A stretch of 64,000 nt of DNA from the NCBI GenBank assembly GCA_020137815.1, contig CM035358.1:4340001-4404000 (forward strand), read 5' to 3'. Below are positions 1 through 12,412 of this stretch, piece by piece. Within the stretch, counting starts at the first letter, position 1, and every line of letters begins with the position of its first letter. The DNA is from Hormiphora californensis. Lineage: Eukaryota; Animalia; Ctenophora. The notes beneath the pieces are model-generated. The model did no database searches. It was not told the DNA's origin and worked only from the letters and a program-made list of their open reading frames with translations. The position numbers and the translations under genes were made by a program.

Positions 1-402
1 TGGTAGTTAACCATGCCTAGAAACTTTTGTACCTGTTTGATACTAGTTGGGGTAGGAAGATTTCTAATAGCTTTCACTTTGTCAGGATCCACGGAAATTC
101 CATCCTTAGAAATCTGTAAACCAAGAAATTTAACTTCTTGTTGGAAGAGCTTAGTTTTCTTAGGAGAGAGTTTTAGGTTAGCAAAGGTTAGTCTGTCAAA
201 AACAAACTTTAACCGACGGAGATGATCGGGATAAGTATTACTGCATACCAAGAGATCATCTATGTATAGAATCAAAGCCTTGAAAGGAACTTTGTTAAAT
301 AGTAATGCCATTGCACGAGAAAACTCGGCACTAGAAGATGATTGACCTTGTATCATCCGGTTAAACATGTATCGTTTACCGTTATAAGTGAAGGCTGTGA
401 GA
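1..402 (-). pseudogene. Ty3/Gypsy reverse transcriptase fragment (runs off window start)
   Basis: Manual minus-strand translation: LTAFTYNGKRYMFNRMIQGQSSSSAEFSRAM..LILYIDDLLV..LKLSPKKT..VKFLG..VQKFLGMVNY, with the YIDD catalytic motif. Truncated at 402 by the LTR starting at 403. Confidence 0.9.
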
Positions 403-1546
403 TGTTATAGTGTGTATTGACACGGTAGTAGCAATACCACTATACATGAGAATCACGCCTCATATAAGGCCTCACCCCATAACCCAGTACTTGTCTTAAT
501 GTCTTAGTGATAACAGTCATGTGATTCTAGATAAGTTTCTGTATATAACTTGCATTCATATTTCTATTCTTCATTGCAATTCACTACAATCGAAAACTCG
601 TCTATCGTTACTTTGTTTCCCAACCCCCTGGCATGGCGGTGGAGGTGTGGTATGGTCTGGTCCTTTGGGTGTCAACTTAGTTCTTTAATAAATGGAGCCT
701 GATCTGTGCCGAACTACAACCCTCATCTCCATCCCCAATCTTCACCGAGATAGGCAGCTAGACGCTGGTCAGTAGGAGCAGGAGTTTACCTGTCGCGTGT
801 TCTCCCCCTGTACCCAGGATTTGTGCGTGGATTGTTGAGTGGCGAGTGGAGTCCAGGCCTAGAGGAGAATGAGATGGCCGGCAGTCCCCCAATCCTGGGG
901 AAGTAGTCCTGCTTAGCTCAGGACAGTGTGACAGTAGTCAGCTGGTTTTTTGTAGATTGGAGCCAGTTGGGGAGACTATCCTACTCTATGGTCGGTGGAG
1001 GTGGCGGATGGGCAGTGTGAGTGTGAGTGTGTTTAGGGCCAGATATTTACGGACATTTTGGTAGAATGGACATTTTATTTTAAATTTTAGCTTTTATGTT
1101 GGTGCCAGGGAATAAAATTTTAGCGGTTGGTAGAGAATTGACAATCGAGTTTATTAGGATATTTAATTTCCTGATTACGTAAACGTGATTGATATTTTTG
1201 ATTGTATTTTGAGTCCAATTACGAACTCAAAAGACAATTCTTTTTTGTCAGGGGCATATGTTATAGTGTGTATTGACACGGTAGTAGCAATACCACTATA
1301 CATGAGAATCACGCCTCATATAAGGCCTCACCCCATAACCCAGTACTTGTCTTAATGTCTTAGTGATAACAGTCATGTGATTCTAGATAAGTTTCTGTAT
1401 ATAACTTGCATTCATATTTCTATTCTTCATTGCAATTCACTACAATCGAAAACTCGTCTATCGTTACTTTGTTTCCCAACCCCCTGGCATGGCGGTGGAG
1501 GTGTGGTATGGTCTGGTCCTTTGGGTGTCAACTTAGTTCTTTAATA
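403..1546 (+). mobile_element. TRIM-like miniature LTR retroelement (two 288-bp LTRs, ~570-bp non-coding interior)
   Basis: 403-690 and 1259-1546 appear identical and start TG. PBS-like TGGAGCC lies 2 nt after LTR1 and AGGGGCATA precedes LTR2. No internal ORF and no TSD. Confidence 0.75.
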
Positions 1547-2770
1547 TGAATCATTAGGCCAATATCTTTATTATTATTATTATTATTAGAACTGCGATGG
1601 AAGTGGTCATTCGAATCATTAGAAGTATGCTGGTAGTGGTCATTATTTAAATCGCCTATGAGATGAACAAGGGAGGATCCCTAATTGGCTTTCCACACGG
1701 CATTAGGCAATTGGAATTGGTTCTCATCATCCCATCTATGCAAGTTGAACCGTCTGAGAATGAGATAGATATGGAAGTACCTGAGTGAACTGTGTCGATG
1801 CGATGATCAATGGGAGAGATATCGCACTATACTTTGCTTATCGATCTCTCGTTCTGAACGCTATCTGATTGACACCTTGAGTCATTGTCGTTAAACTGGC
1901 CCATACATATTGCATTTGTCACGCATATCATCTTGACGGAACTTCGACTAAAAGAAGAGAGGGGTATTTCATTTTGAGGGGTTTTTCATTTCGCAATCAA
2001 GTATACACGTTGAGATCGCAACGTGATGAGTAAGTCAGAAGGTGGTTTGATCCCGGCCACACCAGTACAGCTGCAGAAGAAATCAATTTGCTTTGAAAAT
2101 ATGCACAATAAAGGTTTGGAATGATTGTAGTCATCAAAATGTTTTAGCGAATGGTTTCTCAATCCTGTTAAATTGTTTGTATTTTCTGAGTAAATGATTG
2201 CGGTATCAGCCGCTAAAACTGGGAACGACTTTCTAGACATCAGTGTGTGTAATTTACTAATTTAGAGTTCTTATTGGCTTGTGAGATGTGCTGCAGTCCT
2301 CTAGTTTGCACGTTTTTGACGGCTACCGACGGGGCCGGGGACTGCAGCGTATGCCATGTTCCATAACAGAAATTATTTTACAATTTGTTCGCCTTCAGGA
2401 AACGGTGCATATTTTGAGAACCCTGTTGTGGAAGAGGATTCATTGAAAGTTAAAAACCATCCCAGAACTGGCAGAACTCCAACAACGACCAACAGAAAAG
2501 CACCAAACCCCCGGAAATGGCGGTACCTAATGACACAGGAAACACGATTCGAGTTGGGCCTCGCTACCTCTGCTGATGAAAAGGTTGGTTATTATAGTAA
2601 CCAATGGTTACGAAGTCACTCATTTACGTTGTTAACAGGAACCGACCGAAACAAGTAAACAACCAATCAGAACTTGCTATTTAGGTCACGTGACTGGATA
2701 TCAGCCAATCAGGGACCAGTATTTCCTGATTCGGTCGGTTCCTGGTTGTTAAACCTCGAGAGCTCACCAG
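1547..2770 (-). mobile_element. Decayed 5' part (PBS, leader, broken ORF1) of a minus-strand LTR retrotransposon
   Basis: TGGTGAGCT on the minus strand at ~2761-2769 matches the PBS of the intact Gypsy at 34507. The ORF starting at 2240 continues in frame through isolated TGA/TAG stops to ~1650. Confidence 0.5.
2636..2744 (+). mobile_element. 109-bp hAT-type MITE
   Basis: TIR CAGGAACCGACCGAA...TTCGGTCGGTTCCTG; 8-bp TSD GTTGTTAA. Confidence 0.9.
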
Positions 2771-2977
2771 GGCGCTGATCACGAAGAGGGGTTATTTATT
2801 ACCAAATGAAAATTGGTTGGTAACTCTTTCAGTAGATCTGATCTGTGTTTTTAAGCGTTTGCTAATTGGTGTATATGTATGTAAATCAGTCGGGTCAGCA
2901 CGTTTGTAATCAGTTTGATTAGAAAATATAAATAACAGTGTATGAAAGCGATTGGTTTAAATAAACTAATCTATGTA

Positions 2978-3085
2978 CAGTCGGACCCCGATTTACCGGG
3001 ATACTCGGGGGAAATGGTGTTGCCCGGTATATCGGGGTGCCCGGTATATCGGGGTTAAATACCGTTAATTTCCTATATCGGGGTG
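2978..3085 (+). mobile_element. Truncated copy of the Tc1/mariner(pogo)-type MITE at 6214
   Basis: TA|CAGTCGGACCCCGATTTACCGGG left end matches 6214; right TIR is missing. Confidence 0.7.
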
Positions 3086-3296
3086 CTTCTGTACATAATG
3101 AGCGAGTGTTGTATTCAAGTGAATCAACACAGGCAGAGTTTAATTGATTCAATTAATGAATCGTCATCCTTTAAAGATGGTCTGATTAGCTACACACTTG
3201 CATAGCCTGGTAGTCGTTTATCAATCGGTTGTCGATTGATACACAATTCCACATGTTTGAACGGCGAACTAAATTTTGGCAGGGATGATACTAGAT

Positions 3297-4777
3297 ACTG
3301 GTAGTTGTTTGCCTTACTCCACCCTGTCTAACCGTGCTCCGGGTTTGAACTGGTAGTTGTTTGCCTTGCTCCACCCTGTCTAACCGTGCTCCGGGGTTGA
3401 ACCGGTAGTTTTGCCTTGCTCCACCCTGTCTAACCGTGCTCCGGGGTTGAACCGGTAGTTTTGCCTTGCTCCACCCTGTCTAACTGTGCTCCGGGTTTGA
3501 ACTGGTAGTTGTTTGCCTTACTCCACCCTGTCTAACTGTGCTCCGGGTTTGAACTGGTAGTTGTTTGCCTTGCTCCACCCTGTCTAACCGTGCTCCGGGT
3601 TTGAACTGGTAGTTGTTTGCCTTGCTCCACCCTGTCTAACCGTGCTCCGGGTTTGAACTGGTAGTTGTTTGCCTTGCTCCACCCTGTCTAACCGTGCCCC
3701 GGGTTTGAACTGGTAGTTGTTTGCCTTACTCCACCCTGTCTAACCGTGCTCCGGGTTTGAACTGGTAGTTGTTTGCCTTGCTCCACCCTGTCTAACCGTG
3801 CTCCGGGTTTGAACTGGTAGTTGTTTGCCTTGCTCCACCCTGTCTAACCGTGCTCCGGGTTTGAACTGGTAGTTGTTTGCCTTGCTCCACCCTGTCTAAC
3901 CGTGCTCCGGGTTTGAACTGGTAGTTTTGCCTTACTCCACCCTGTCTAACCGTGCTCCGGGTTTGAACTGGTAGTTGTTTGCCTTGCTCCACCCTGTCTA
4001 ACTGTGCTCCGGGTTTGAACTGGTAGTTGTTTGCCTTGCTCCACCCTGTCTAACCGTGCTCCGGGTTTGAACTGGTAATTGTTTGCCTTGCTCCACCCTG
4101 TCTAACCGTGCCCCGGGTTTGAACTGGTAGTTGTTTGCCTTGCTCCACCCTGTCTAACCGTGCCCCGGGTTTGAACTGGTAGTTGTTTGCCTTACTCCAC
4201 CCTGTCTAACCGTGCTCCGGGTTTGAACTGGTAGTTGTTTGCCTTGCTCCACCCTGTCTAACCGTGCTCCGGGTTTGAACTGGTAGTTGTTTGCCTTGCT
4301 CCACCCTGTCTAACCGTGCTCCGGGTTTGAACTGGTAGTTGTTTGCCTTGCTCCACCCTGTCTAACCGTGCTCCGGGTTTGAACTGGTAGTTTTGCCTTA
4401 CTCCACCCTGTCTAACCGTGCTCCGGGTTTGAACTGGTAGTTGTTTGCCTTGCTCCACCCTGTCTAACTGTGCTCCGGGTTTGAACTGGTAGTTGTTTGC
4501 CTTGCTCCACCCTGTCTAACCGTGCTCCGGGTTTGAACTGGTAGTTGTTTGCCTTGCTCCACCCTGTCTAACCGTACTCCGGGTTTGAACTGGTAATTGT
4601 TTGCCTTGCTCCACCCTGTCTAACCGTACTCCGGGTTTGAACTGGTAGTTGTTTGCCTTGCTCCACCCTGTCTAACCGTGCTCCAGGTTTGAACTGGTAG
4701 TTGTTTGCCTTGCTCCAACCTGTCTAACCGTGCTCCGGGTTTGAACTGGTAGTTGTTTGCCTTGCTCCACCCTGTCT
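3297..4777. repeat. 52-bp minisatellite, ~28 copies, with a 466-bp higher-order repeat
   Basis: Unit CTGGTAGTTGTTTGCCTTGCTCCACCCTGTCTAACCGTGCTCCGGGTTTGAA plus 50-bp variants. Identical ORF-track peptides at 3792 and 4258 give a 466-bp period. Confidence 0.95.
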
Positions 4778-6213
4778 CATCACACTTTGAACATAACAAC
4801 TGGTAGTTGCAGTATTATACGCGTCTGCTTTGTTTTCGTAGAACTTTGATTTCAGTTAAATATTTCTTGTTTCGGCCACATTTCAGAATCTACTGCTCCG
4901 GTAATTCTTTTAGACAAAATTAAGAAGGTATAATTAACTCCGGAAACTTGAGAGAAGCAAGACTAGAATTATTTTCAATATCTTAAGATACCACAGTAAC
5001 TGTTTTTTATTAGCCAAATCAGAGACCCACGCCTCCATTTAAATTGGTTTGCTGTCAGAGCATTTGCCTGACCCTATATTTGCCTGACAGTTGTTTTGTG
5101 GTAGGCCCAGACGTCAGTCGCCGCTAGTTAACACACCCCGATAAAACGCAAATTAGTTTTGGAACTCATTTTTTGACAGTTCTCAGTTTTAGATATATTA
5201 TCTTCTTTCGGATTGGAATTTGAAATATGGAATTTAAAAAAAATTGTTCTTGGTGCTTTATATGATTCACGGCCCCGCCCCAATGTATCACTGATCACAC
5301 ATATTTAATACAAGCACCGGGCCCCGCATGCGAGGTAATGGCGTTAGTAAATCCAATCTGTATGTGGCATGGGGTTAAAACGTCACACAAATACACACAC
5401 AGCGGAAACAGGGTAGGGACTGGGAGCTGGTGCTGGTGGCGGGGGTTTCAATACTACAGCTCAATACTTTTTGGTTTTATTCACACCTCTCTCTCTATGT
5501 CATTGAGGGCTTTGCCGCTTTCTGCTACTACTGCAGCGGCGTCGAATATTGTAGCTGTCTTCCAAACACACACGCACATGATAGAGCCCTTACATACTCT
5601 ATATTTGTAAATTCTGTACGAGTCCTCATTTGACAAATACTTTTGTCCGTGGCGTGAGAAGAAAGTGACGGGAGTATACTTATTCCCAAGAATTATATGT
5701 GGAATATATATATTTCACCGCCCTAACTCGATTTTATTCAGTTTTTGTCTCTAATCAAATGAATTCATTAGCTTCATTAGCCCTTCGTGCCCTATATACA
5801 TGAACAAAAAGGCCACGAATTATCGCACCGCATTCTTAGCACCTTGTTTTTACGTTTATCACACCCCCCCCCTCAATAAAAGTGTCAATAAACAATGGAG
5901 AGAAATGGATTAAAGGTGTTAGATGGTGAACGGATAAAATATTGTGTCCGTAAAAACTGTTTTTGTCCATGACTATATTAGAATACGTGAGAATATGTCT
6001 ATGCTTTATTTAGCAAAATAAGAAGTGAAAATTTTCAACTTATTAACACTTAAAGAATATGCATTGTTCTCATTTTTAGTCGTCCCTTTCACAGGCCTTT
6101 ACGTTTGTGTTGCTTGAATAGGACAGATTCTGTACCTGCATAATATTGGTCCTACGATCATAGTTGTAGACTCAAAGTATTGGTCTGCCCATACACGCAG
6201 CTAGGTGGTAATA

Positions 6214-6385
6214 CAGTCGGACCCCGATTTACCGGGATGCTCGGGGGAAAGGGTTTTGCCCGGTAAATCGGGGTGCTCGGTATATCGGGGCAAAATATCG
6301 TCAATTTCTTATATCGGGGGAAGTTTATCCTCCCGGTAAATCGGGGTTCCGGTAAATCGGGGCCCGGTAAATCGGGGTCCGACTG
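6214..6385 (+). mobile_element. Tc1/mariner (pogo/Tigger-like) MITE
   Basis: TA|CAGTCGGACCCCGATTTACCGGG...CCCGGTAAATCGGGGTCCGACTG|TA; internal CGGTAAATCGGGG repeats. Confidence 0.9.
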
Positions 6386-7638
6386 TAGTGATATTGTTTT
6401 TGTTCAAACCTTCAATTTTATCTCACGGAGTGAGGATCGAGAGAGGGAAGGCAATAGCAATATATATATTGGTCGATAGAAGGGTGAGAGGTGTAGCGAT
6501 ATATTATATTGGCCGGAAAGAAGATTGAAGGCGGCCTACACAAGGCCGAAGGGCTATATCTCACTATATCCTACGTAAGGTATAAAGTAAAATTGCATGA
6601 GATGAGTGAGAGAAAAGGGATTAATTACGGAGGTAGATCTGAAAATAAGAGAGAATAAGAGAGTGATAGAGGGGGAGTAAGAAAGATAGAGAGATAGAAC
6701 TAAGATAAAAGAAAGATAGAGAGATAGATCCTTGATCCCTGCAGGGATATTTTTCCCAGAGAGCAACAGTTATATAGCCAGCTTTATACCCCTATCACAA
6801 GCCAACAATTATTTCATTTGTACTGCCTTTGCTGTGATCAGTGTCCAGTGATATTTGCTGTTTGTTTTGAGGTGATCAGTGATATTATATTATCGATATA
6901 GTGAAGGAGCCGAAGAAGAAGAAGAAGAAGACCTGATCTACAACACAATAAGGTAATGTAATCTCGTGATCCTTGCAAAAAATTTGGTTTTCAAGCCTTT
7001 TAAACAAACTTGTTGTTGTACCTCACAAAAAGTGTGCTTGGATTGTGTAATCATAGCTAGTAGGCACTTTTCTGAAATTATGTAAATTTAGATAATCACA
7101 CTTTTCCATCACCACCTCTTTTTTTTATATCTTAACTGTATGCTATTCTAGGATTCACAAGAGATACAGCAGACAGCTTTGGCATTCTAGCTCAAATTAA
7201 ATTTTAATCAATGGGTGGTGAAAAGTTCCCTAAATTACTTTAAATTAAATATCCAACACCATATACCATCTAGATTCTAGCCTTCTTGATTTATCAAACC
7301 TCATTAAGCTCTTCTGTCTGACCAGTGCAGTCTGACTGTTATACGGGGAGGGGGGGGGGGGGGTCCCCTGCCAATTATTTCGTTTGCCGCACACCACACA
7401 GAGATTTATTTAAGACACCGTGGTGTGTGTGTGCGATACATAATACCGCAGTCCCTCTACTGTGCTTTTATTGTGTTTAAGTCCGACACGTTTGACTGCC
7501 CACGCGGCCTGCCCGGAACGCATACCGGAAGACTGCCTAGGAAAGTTTACTTTATTAAACCTAGACAGCCAGTTCTACTGCGGCATTTATTCATTCTCTG
7601 TCCATTTTTGTCCATTCTCTTAACTTATGGTCTCCTAT

Positions 7639-8293
7639 GGGGGACCACATACAGCACCGGTGCGAACTCCAGAACGTCGCACCACATACTGTCGGTGGAA
7701 ACTTCAGTACAGTGAGTGTATGTGGTGCCTCTTACTGAACAATCAATAAAAAACCTTCAAAACAAGCTAAAAACACGTAATTTTTTGTGAAATATCTTCC
7801 TCTCACTAATACCGAACTCTCTCTACCTCCTTTTCTCTCTCTTGTTATGTTTATCTCCAATTATCTCTCTCTTATCTTTCCCGATTGCAGCACATATTTT
7901 CTCGATATGTCGGATAATCTCGCCCTTGTTCTAGGTGTGGCCCTTTCTGTCGTAGTGAGAGTGCGTGCGCCTCTTATTGGTTGCTGTGGTGTGGGTGTGT
8001 GTGTGTATTGTGAGATGCAGGTCTGTCATTGGCTAGTGCGCGCACGTGACCCCCACGTGACCTTTCAGTTCAGTACGAAGAGCACATACAGCACCGTACT
8101 AATCTTTTCTGAGCTAAGCTCACGTGAGATTGTGTACTGATAGTCCCACCGATATTTATCAGTAAGAGGCACCACATACGGCAGTGCGTACTGGAGTTTG
8201 CACCGAAAGTGCTGTATGTGCTAGTGAGAACTGAAGTTAGAGGCACCACATACGGCGGTGCGAATTTCAGTACAGTGCTGTATGTGGTCCCCC
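7639..8293. mobile_element. Non-autonomous TIR element (possibly PIF/Harbinger-like)
   Basis: TIR GGGGGACCACATACAGCAC...GTGCTGTATGTGGTCCCCC with subterminal CACCACATAC repeats. TSD unclear. Confidence 0.65.
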
Positions 8294-9051
8294 TTACAAA
8301 CCTTCTTTGGGCGGATTTTTTCCCCGCCCGGGTGAAGGCCTAAGGCCTTCACCCGGATGCCTTTTGCAAAAAGGCATACGGGGTTTAGAAATCTAAACGG
8401 ATATAGTGACTATGTGTAGCAAGTCAGCTCTCTTGTCCCGTTTCAGGTTGCGAGGGGCAACATGTAGCAACTAGAGCCGCGCACACAACAACAACCTGCT
8501 CCTTCATAAACCACTTCATTGACACTTTTTCAGGAAATGTGTGGCGCGCAATTTCGCAATGTGGCGCGCAATTTAGTGCTACTAAAACACAAGGATTTGT
8601 TCTATACTGTTTGCGTGATGTATAAATGATCCGAAATGTCTGTCCCGCCTTCGTGTTAAGAATGAAACGTTGGCGGGGAAACATAGCATTATGAAACATA
8701 ATGCATTTATTCTTGTTTTGGGTTGTAACGGATCGATTTCCTTGTGTGGCTCTCATTCTATTTCACGCTCTGGTTCGGTAGATCAACAATTTCCCTGGTT
8801 TTCTCCTTTCTCGTGACTGTCACGATCTTGGAGAAAAGACGTTAGGAGATGCCGTACAAGGAATCTCCTGACGTCTGTTAATCTTTCACCCACGGCCTGG
8901 CCACGGATCAAAAGAACCTGTCATATATGCCAAGAGAAATAACTAGTCGACATATCTCTATTATAATTAGTCAGTAGTCGACTGTCGAAACGTCCCTTAG
9001 GAGGTTTGCTTCGTATCACACTTTTAGAACTTCTTCAGGCAGGCTTGTTTC

Positions 9052-9160
9052 CAGGAACCGACCGAAACAAGTAAACAACCAATGAGAACTCGTTATTTAC
9101 GTCACGTGACTGGTTATCAGCCAATCAGGGACCAGTATTTCCTGATTCGGTCGGTTCCTG
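9052..9160 (+). mobile_element. 109-bp hAT-type MITE
   Basis: Same TIRs as 2636; 8-bp TSD CTTGTTTC. Confidence 0.9.
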
Positions 9161-9450
9161 CTTGTTTCTCTCCTGCATGCACTCGGCATAAGAGATGATC
9201 TCTCCTGCTACTATCATGTAATCGTGTTGAAATATGTGCCCTGTCTGAGACGAATCCGGCCGAGATCCTTACTGTACGCCGTACGGTCAGCAAAGGAATC
9301 GGAGCTGGAGGGTTCCCTGGAGTGTTACAGTACTTGTTGGCAGAGGCTATAAGATGCGTTGAGAGTTATTATACTCAACCCCATCGACAGTTAATTACTT
9401 TCTTTCATGAAGTATACCATATGATCTTGCTTGGAATATATAAGTATGCA

Positions 9451-9530
9451 GCAGGAACCGACCGAATCAGGAAATACTCGTCCCTGATTGGCTGATAACC
9501 AGTCACGTGACCTAAATAACGAGTTCTGAT
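9451..9530 (-). mobile_element. Truncated 109-bp hAT MITE
   Basis: CAGGAACCGACCGAATCAGGAAATAC...GAGTTCTGAT; one end is missing. Confidence 0.8.
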
Positions 9531-9924
9531 GCAGGACTCTAGGTATAGAGTAGGAGGCTAATTCCTACGTGATTCGAACTTACGATATATCCACAGATCG
9601 CATTAGAGTGATGACACATGCCGCATTATAAACTATCACCCGAAGATATATATTATATTATTATATAATATATATATAAGCTAGGCAGCTGAGCATACAT
9701 CGATTTGTTAAAGCTCTCCTGGGCAGATCATGTGCTCAATAATTTGACACATGAGTCTGCCAACATATTTCATCGCCTACCCTATGTCTTCTGCAACATG
9801 GATTCTTTTCAAAATCTGTCATCCGCATTATTAAAAGTTTCGGAATTTTTGAAAAATAACGTGTGGGCTACTGAGCAATAAAAAATACCCCCCCCCCCCC
9901 CTAGACTAACATGGGTAGGAACTG

Positions 9925-11185
9925 TTAATCGGTCTAAGTGGTAGAGAATCACGTATCACGGCCGATAGGGGATGAGGATTCTAATTGCCAATGAGCTACT
10001 TATCTCATGACTATTCTGCCGTTTTAACGTAAAAGGCAATAAGTCAATTTTTACGAAAATTGAGATATTGGTACCTTTTTCTTCAGAATTTGAAGCTCTT
10101 TCAGATGAGCTGAGTCTCATTTGTTTGTTTGTTTGTTTGTCACTAAACCATGGGATACGCTCAGCAAACCTCCATACCAACCCGGGTATGTGGTAACTAT
10201 GGCGCTGAGTCCCTTTCTCTCCCCTGGGAGAGAAAGAGACTCATGGTTTAAATTTCTGGAACATTCGAGAGGATCTTGGTCCGTTAGGTAACGTTTTGCC
10301 TTTGAGGGGGTCTTGGTCGGGTAGGTAACATTTTGCCTTTGAGAGGGTCTTGGTCTTGAAAATAGGTAACGTTTTGCCTTTGAGAGGGTCTTGGTCGGGT
10401 AGGTAACGTTTTGCCTTTGAGAGGGTCTTGGTCTGGTTTGATGTTTATCGTATTTGTTGGTCTGTCTGGGGCACACTCTCAAGCTATGTCTTGTCTTACT
10501 CTTAATTATTGAATAGTCAATTACATTCACAATATCAACTGTACACAATAAATGAACAAACAATACGGACAGGTGAACTTACGACCTTGATGAATGATTG
10601 GCACCGTGATGCTGTTGGTGATGAGATGAGAGGTGTAAACATTTCCAATGGTGACAAAGAACGAAAACGATCAAACACAAACAATGGGTTGGGCAGATTG
10701 TAGCACCACTAGAGTGTAAAATGTTCTAGAAGACGATTCGGATGAGATAGATGATAACATTTGTTAGTTGTTACACGCGATAAGCGACTTAGTGCACCAA
10801 AACACAAGGATTGTATCTGTAGTGTGGTGTTTTGCAATGTCCGCTATATTGGGAGAGGTGGGCGGGGGAGGGCGGGTGGGGGTGGGGCGGGGGGTAATAT
10901 TGGACAAAAATGTTGCTGTAATTTAGTAATGAGACCAGGCCAGGCCCGAGAGACAGTTCAGTGGTAACTGGGGGGTCATGTGTGATGGAAATGAGAACTA
11001 GAGGCAGATTTGAGTTGCATTTTATTGAGGAAAATAGCCCTTTTTAGTGTCTGAGACAAGCAAAAGTGAAACGAAATGCAACGTAACGAACGAGTCAGCT
11101 GAGTCTCATACTCAGATCTTGAAAACTGAAGGAGCTATAATTGACTGATACATGATTCTCTACCACTTAGAGTTCAGACCGATCA
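9925..11185. mobile_element. TIR element interrupted by a ~1-kb insertion
   Basis: TCTAAGTGGTAGAGAATCA (~9933) is inverted with TGATTCTCTACCACTTAGA (~11153). GCTGAGTCTCAT is duplicated at ~10109 and ~11098. A ~45-bp tandem repeat lies at 10270-10432. Confidence 0.55.
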
Positions 11186-11252
11186 GCAATCCAAAACACT
11201 CAACCATTCGGTGAAAGCATTTATTTTTCCTGACTAACTTTCAGAAACATGT

Positions 11253-11625
11253 GTCAAAGTCAAAGTCAAAGGGTATATAGGTCTTTCCCAATGGGGAAAA
11301 CAGTCGTGTCTGAACCTCAGGTTCAGGCCACGGATATTTGTTCCCAATCACTGGGTAACCCTGTGATGCTTTAAATCCCCGATTCTAAGCCCTAAGCCAT
11401 TCCGTACCGGCCCGAGGTACTAAACTTACAGTAAACATGGGCCAGCCCTACCGGTTGTCTAGGGGAGTTTGGCTTTCCAGTCGAAGCTGTACCAATTTAA
11501 AGCTCGGTCTACTAGACGGCTTGTATTAGATCCCGAACGGAGATTCGAACCCGGGACCTTTAACAAGAGAAGCGAGTTTGTAATACCACTATAACAAAAT
11601 CCAGCCAGTATCCCGAAGATAATTG
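11253..11625 (-). mobile_element. tRNA-derived SINE
   Basis: Minus strand: A-box-like TAGTGGTA, B-box GGTTCGAATC, ~270-bp body and a (TTTGAC)3 tail. No intact cloverleaf. Confidence 0.7.
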
Positions 11626-12266
11626 CTTAAACTCTTTTTTTCTATTGACCAGAAATACCCATTTTTCCCATGTTAGCCAAGAGGCGGAGGGGGATTTTTA
11701 TTGTCCCACACGGTAGATATATGGAAAGTTTGGCCAAGAATATGTTTTTTGCCTTCTCTTCATGTTTTCTTCTTAATCATGTTACTGTCATCTGGTCTTC
11801 ATGTAATTTTCTTCTCTAGCAGGCCATTTCTGATATGTTTTCGAAAACTCGTTACATATAAGGCTTCGCCAATCATTAAACACATCTGACAGTGCGTCAT
11901 ATATATTCAGCTTGTTTCTTCAGTTTGGCGAAATTTACTGGAAACCTTGCACATACATAATGAGGCCGAGATGCCGACTCTGCATTGTTTGGGAGCCTAG
12001 TCAGATCATGCTCTGCTTACGTGGGTAGAGATTAGAGTCTACAAAAATAGCATATTTGAGGAGTTGGAAGGGAGAGGAAGGGAGAGGGGTTAAAACTATA
12101 AAATCGCCTGAGCGAGAAAAAGTGAGAGATAAGTCAGTACGAGATTGCGTGGCAGATCCTCTAACATAAAATAGTTTAATTTTGTAAGCAATGTTTACTT
12201 TGCGTCCTCCAATACCTGTGTTTCATCTCATGCGGCTACAACCTCGGGGGAGCCGGTGAAAGTATC

Positions 12267-12268
<2 letters not shown>

Positions 12269-12359
<91 letters not shown>

Positions 12360-12412
12360 TTACTCTCTCTCACACTCTCTCTCTCTCTCTCTCTCACTCC
12401 CTCTCTCTCTCA
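12269..12412. repeat. (CT)n microsatellite
   Basis: Direct observation. Confidence 0.95.

Noticed and set aside
3792-4458. Two identical 66-aa ORFs
   Set aside because: Translations of the 52-bp satellite higher-order repeat.
11530-11625. Possible tRNA gene
   Set aside because: A and B boxes are present but the acceptor and anticodon stems do not form; a body and simple-repeat tail indicate a SINE.
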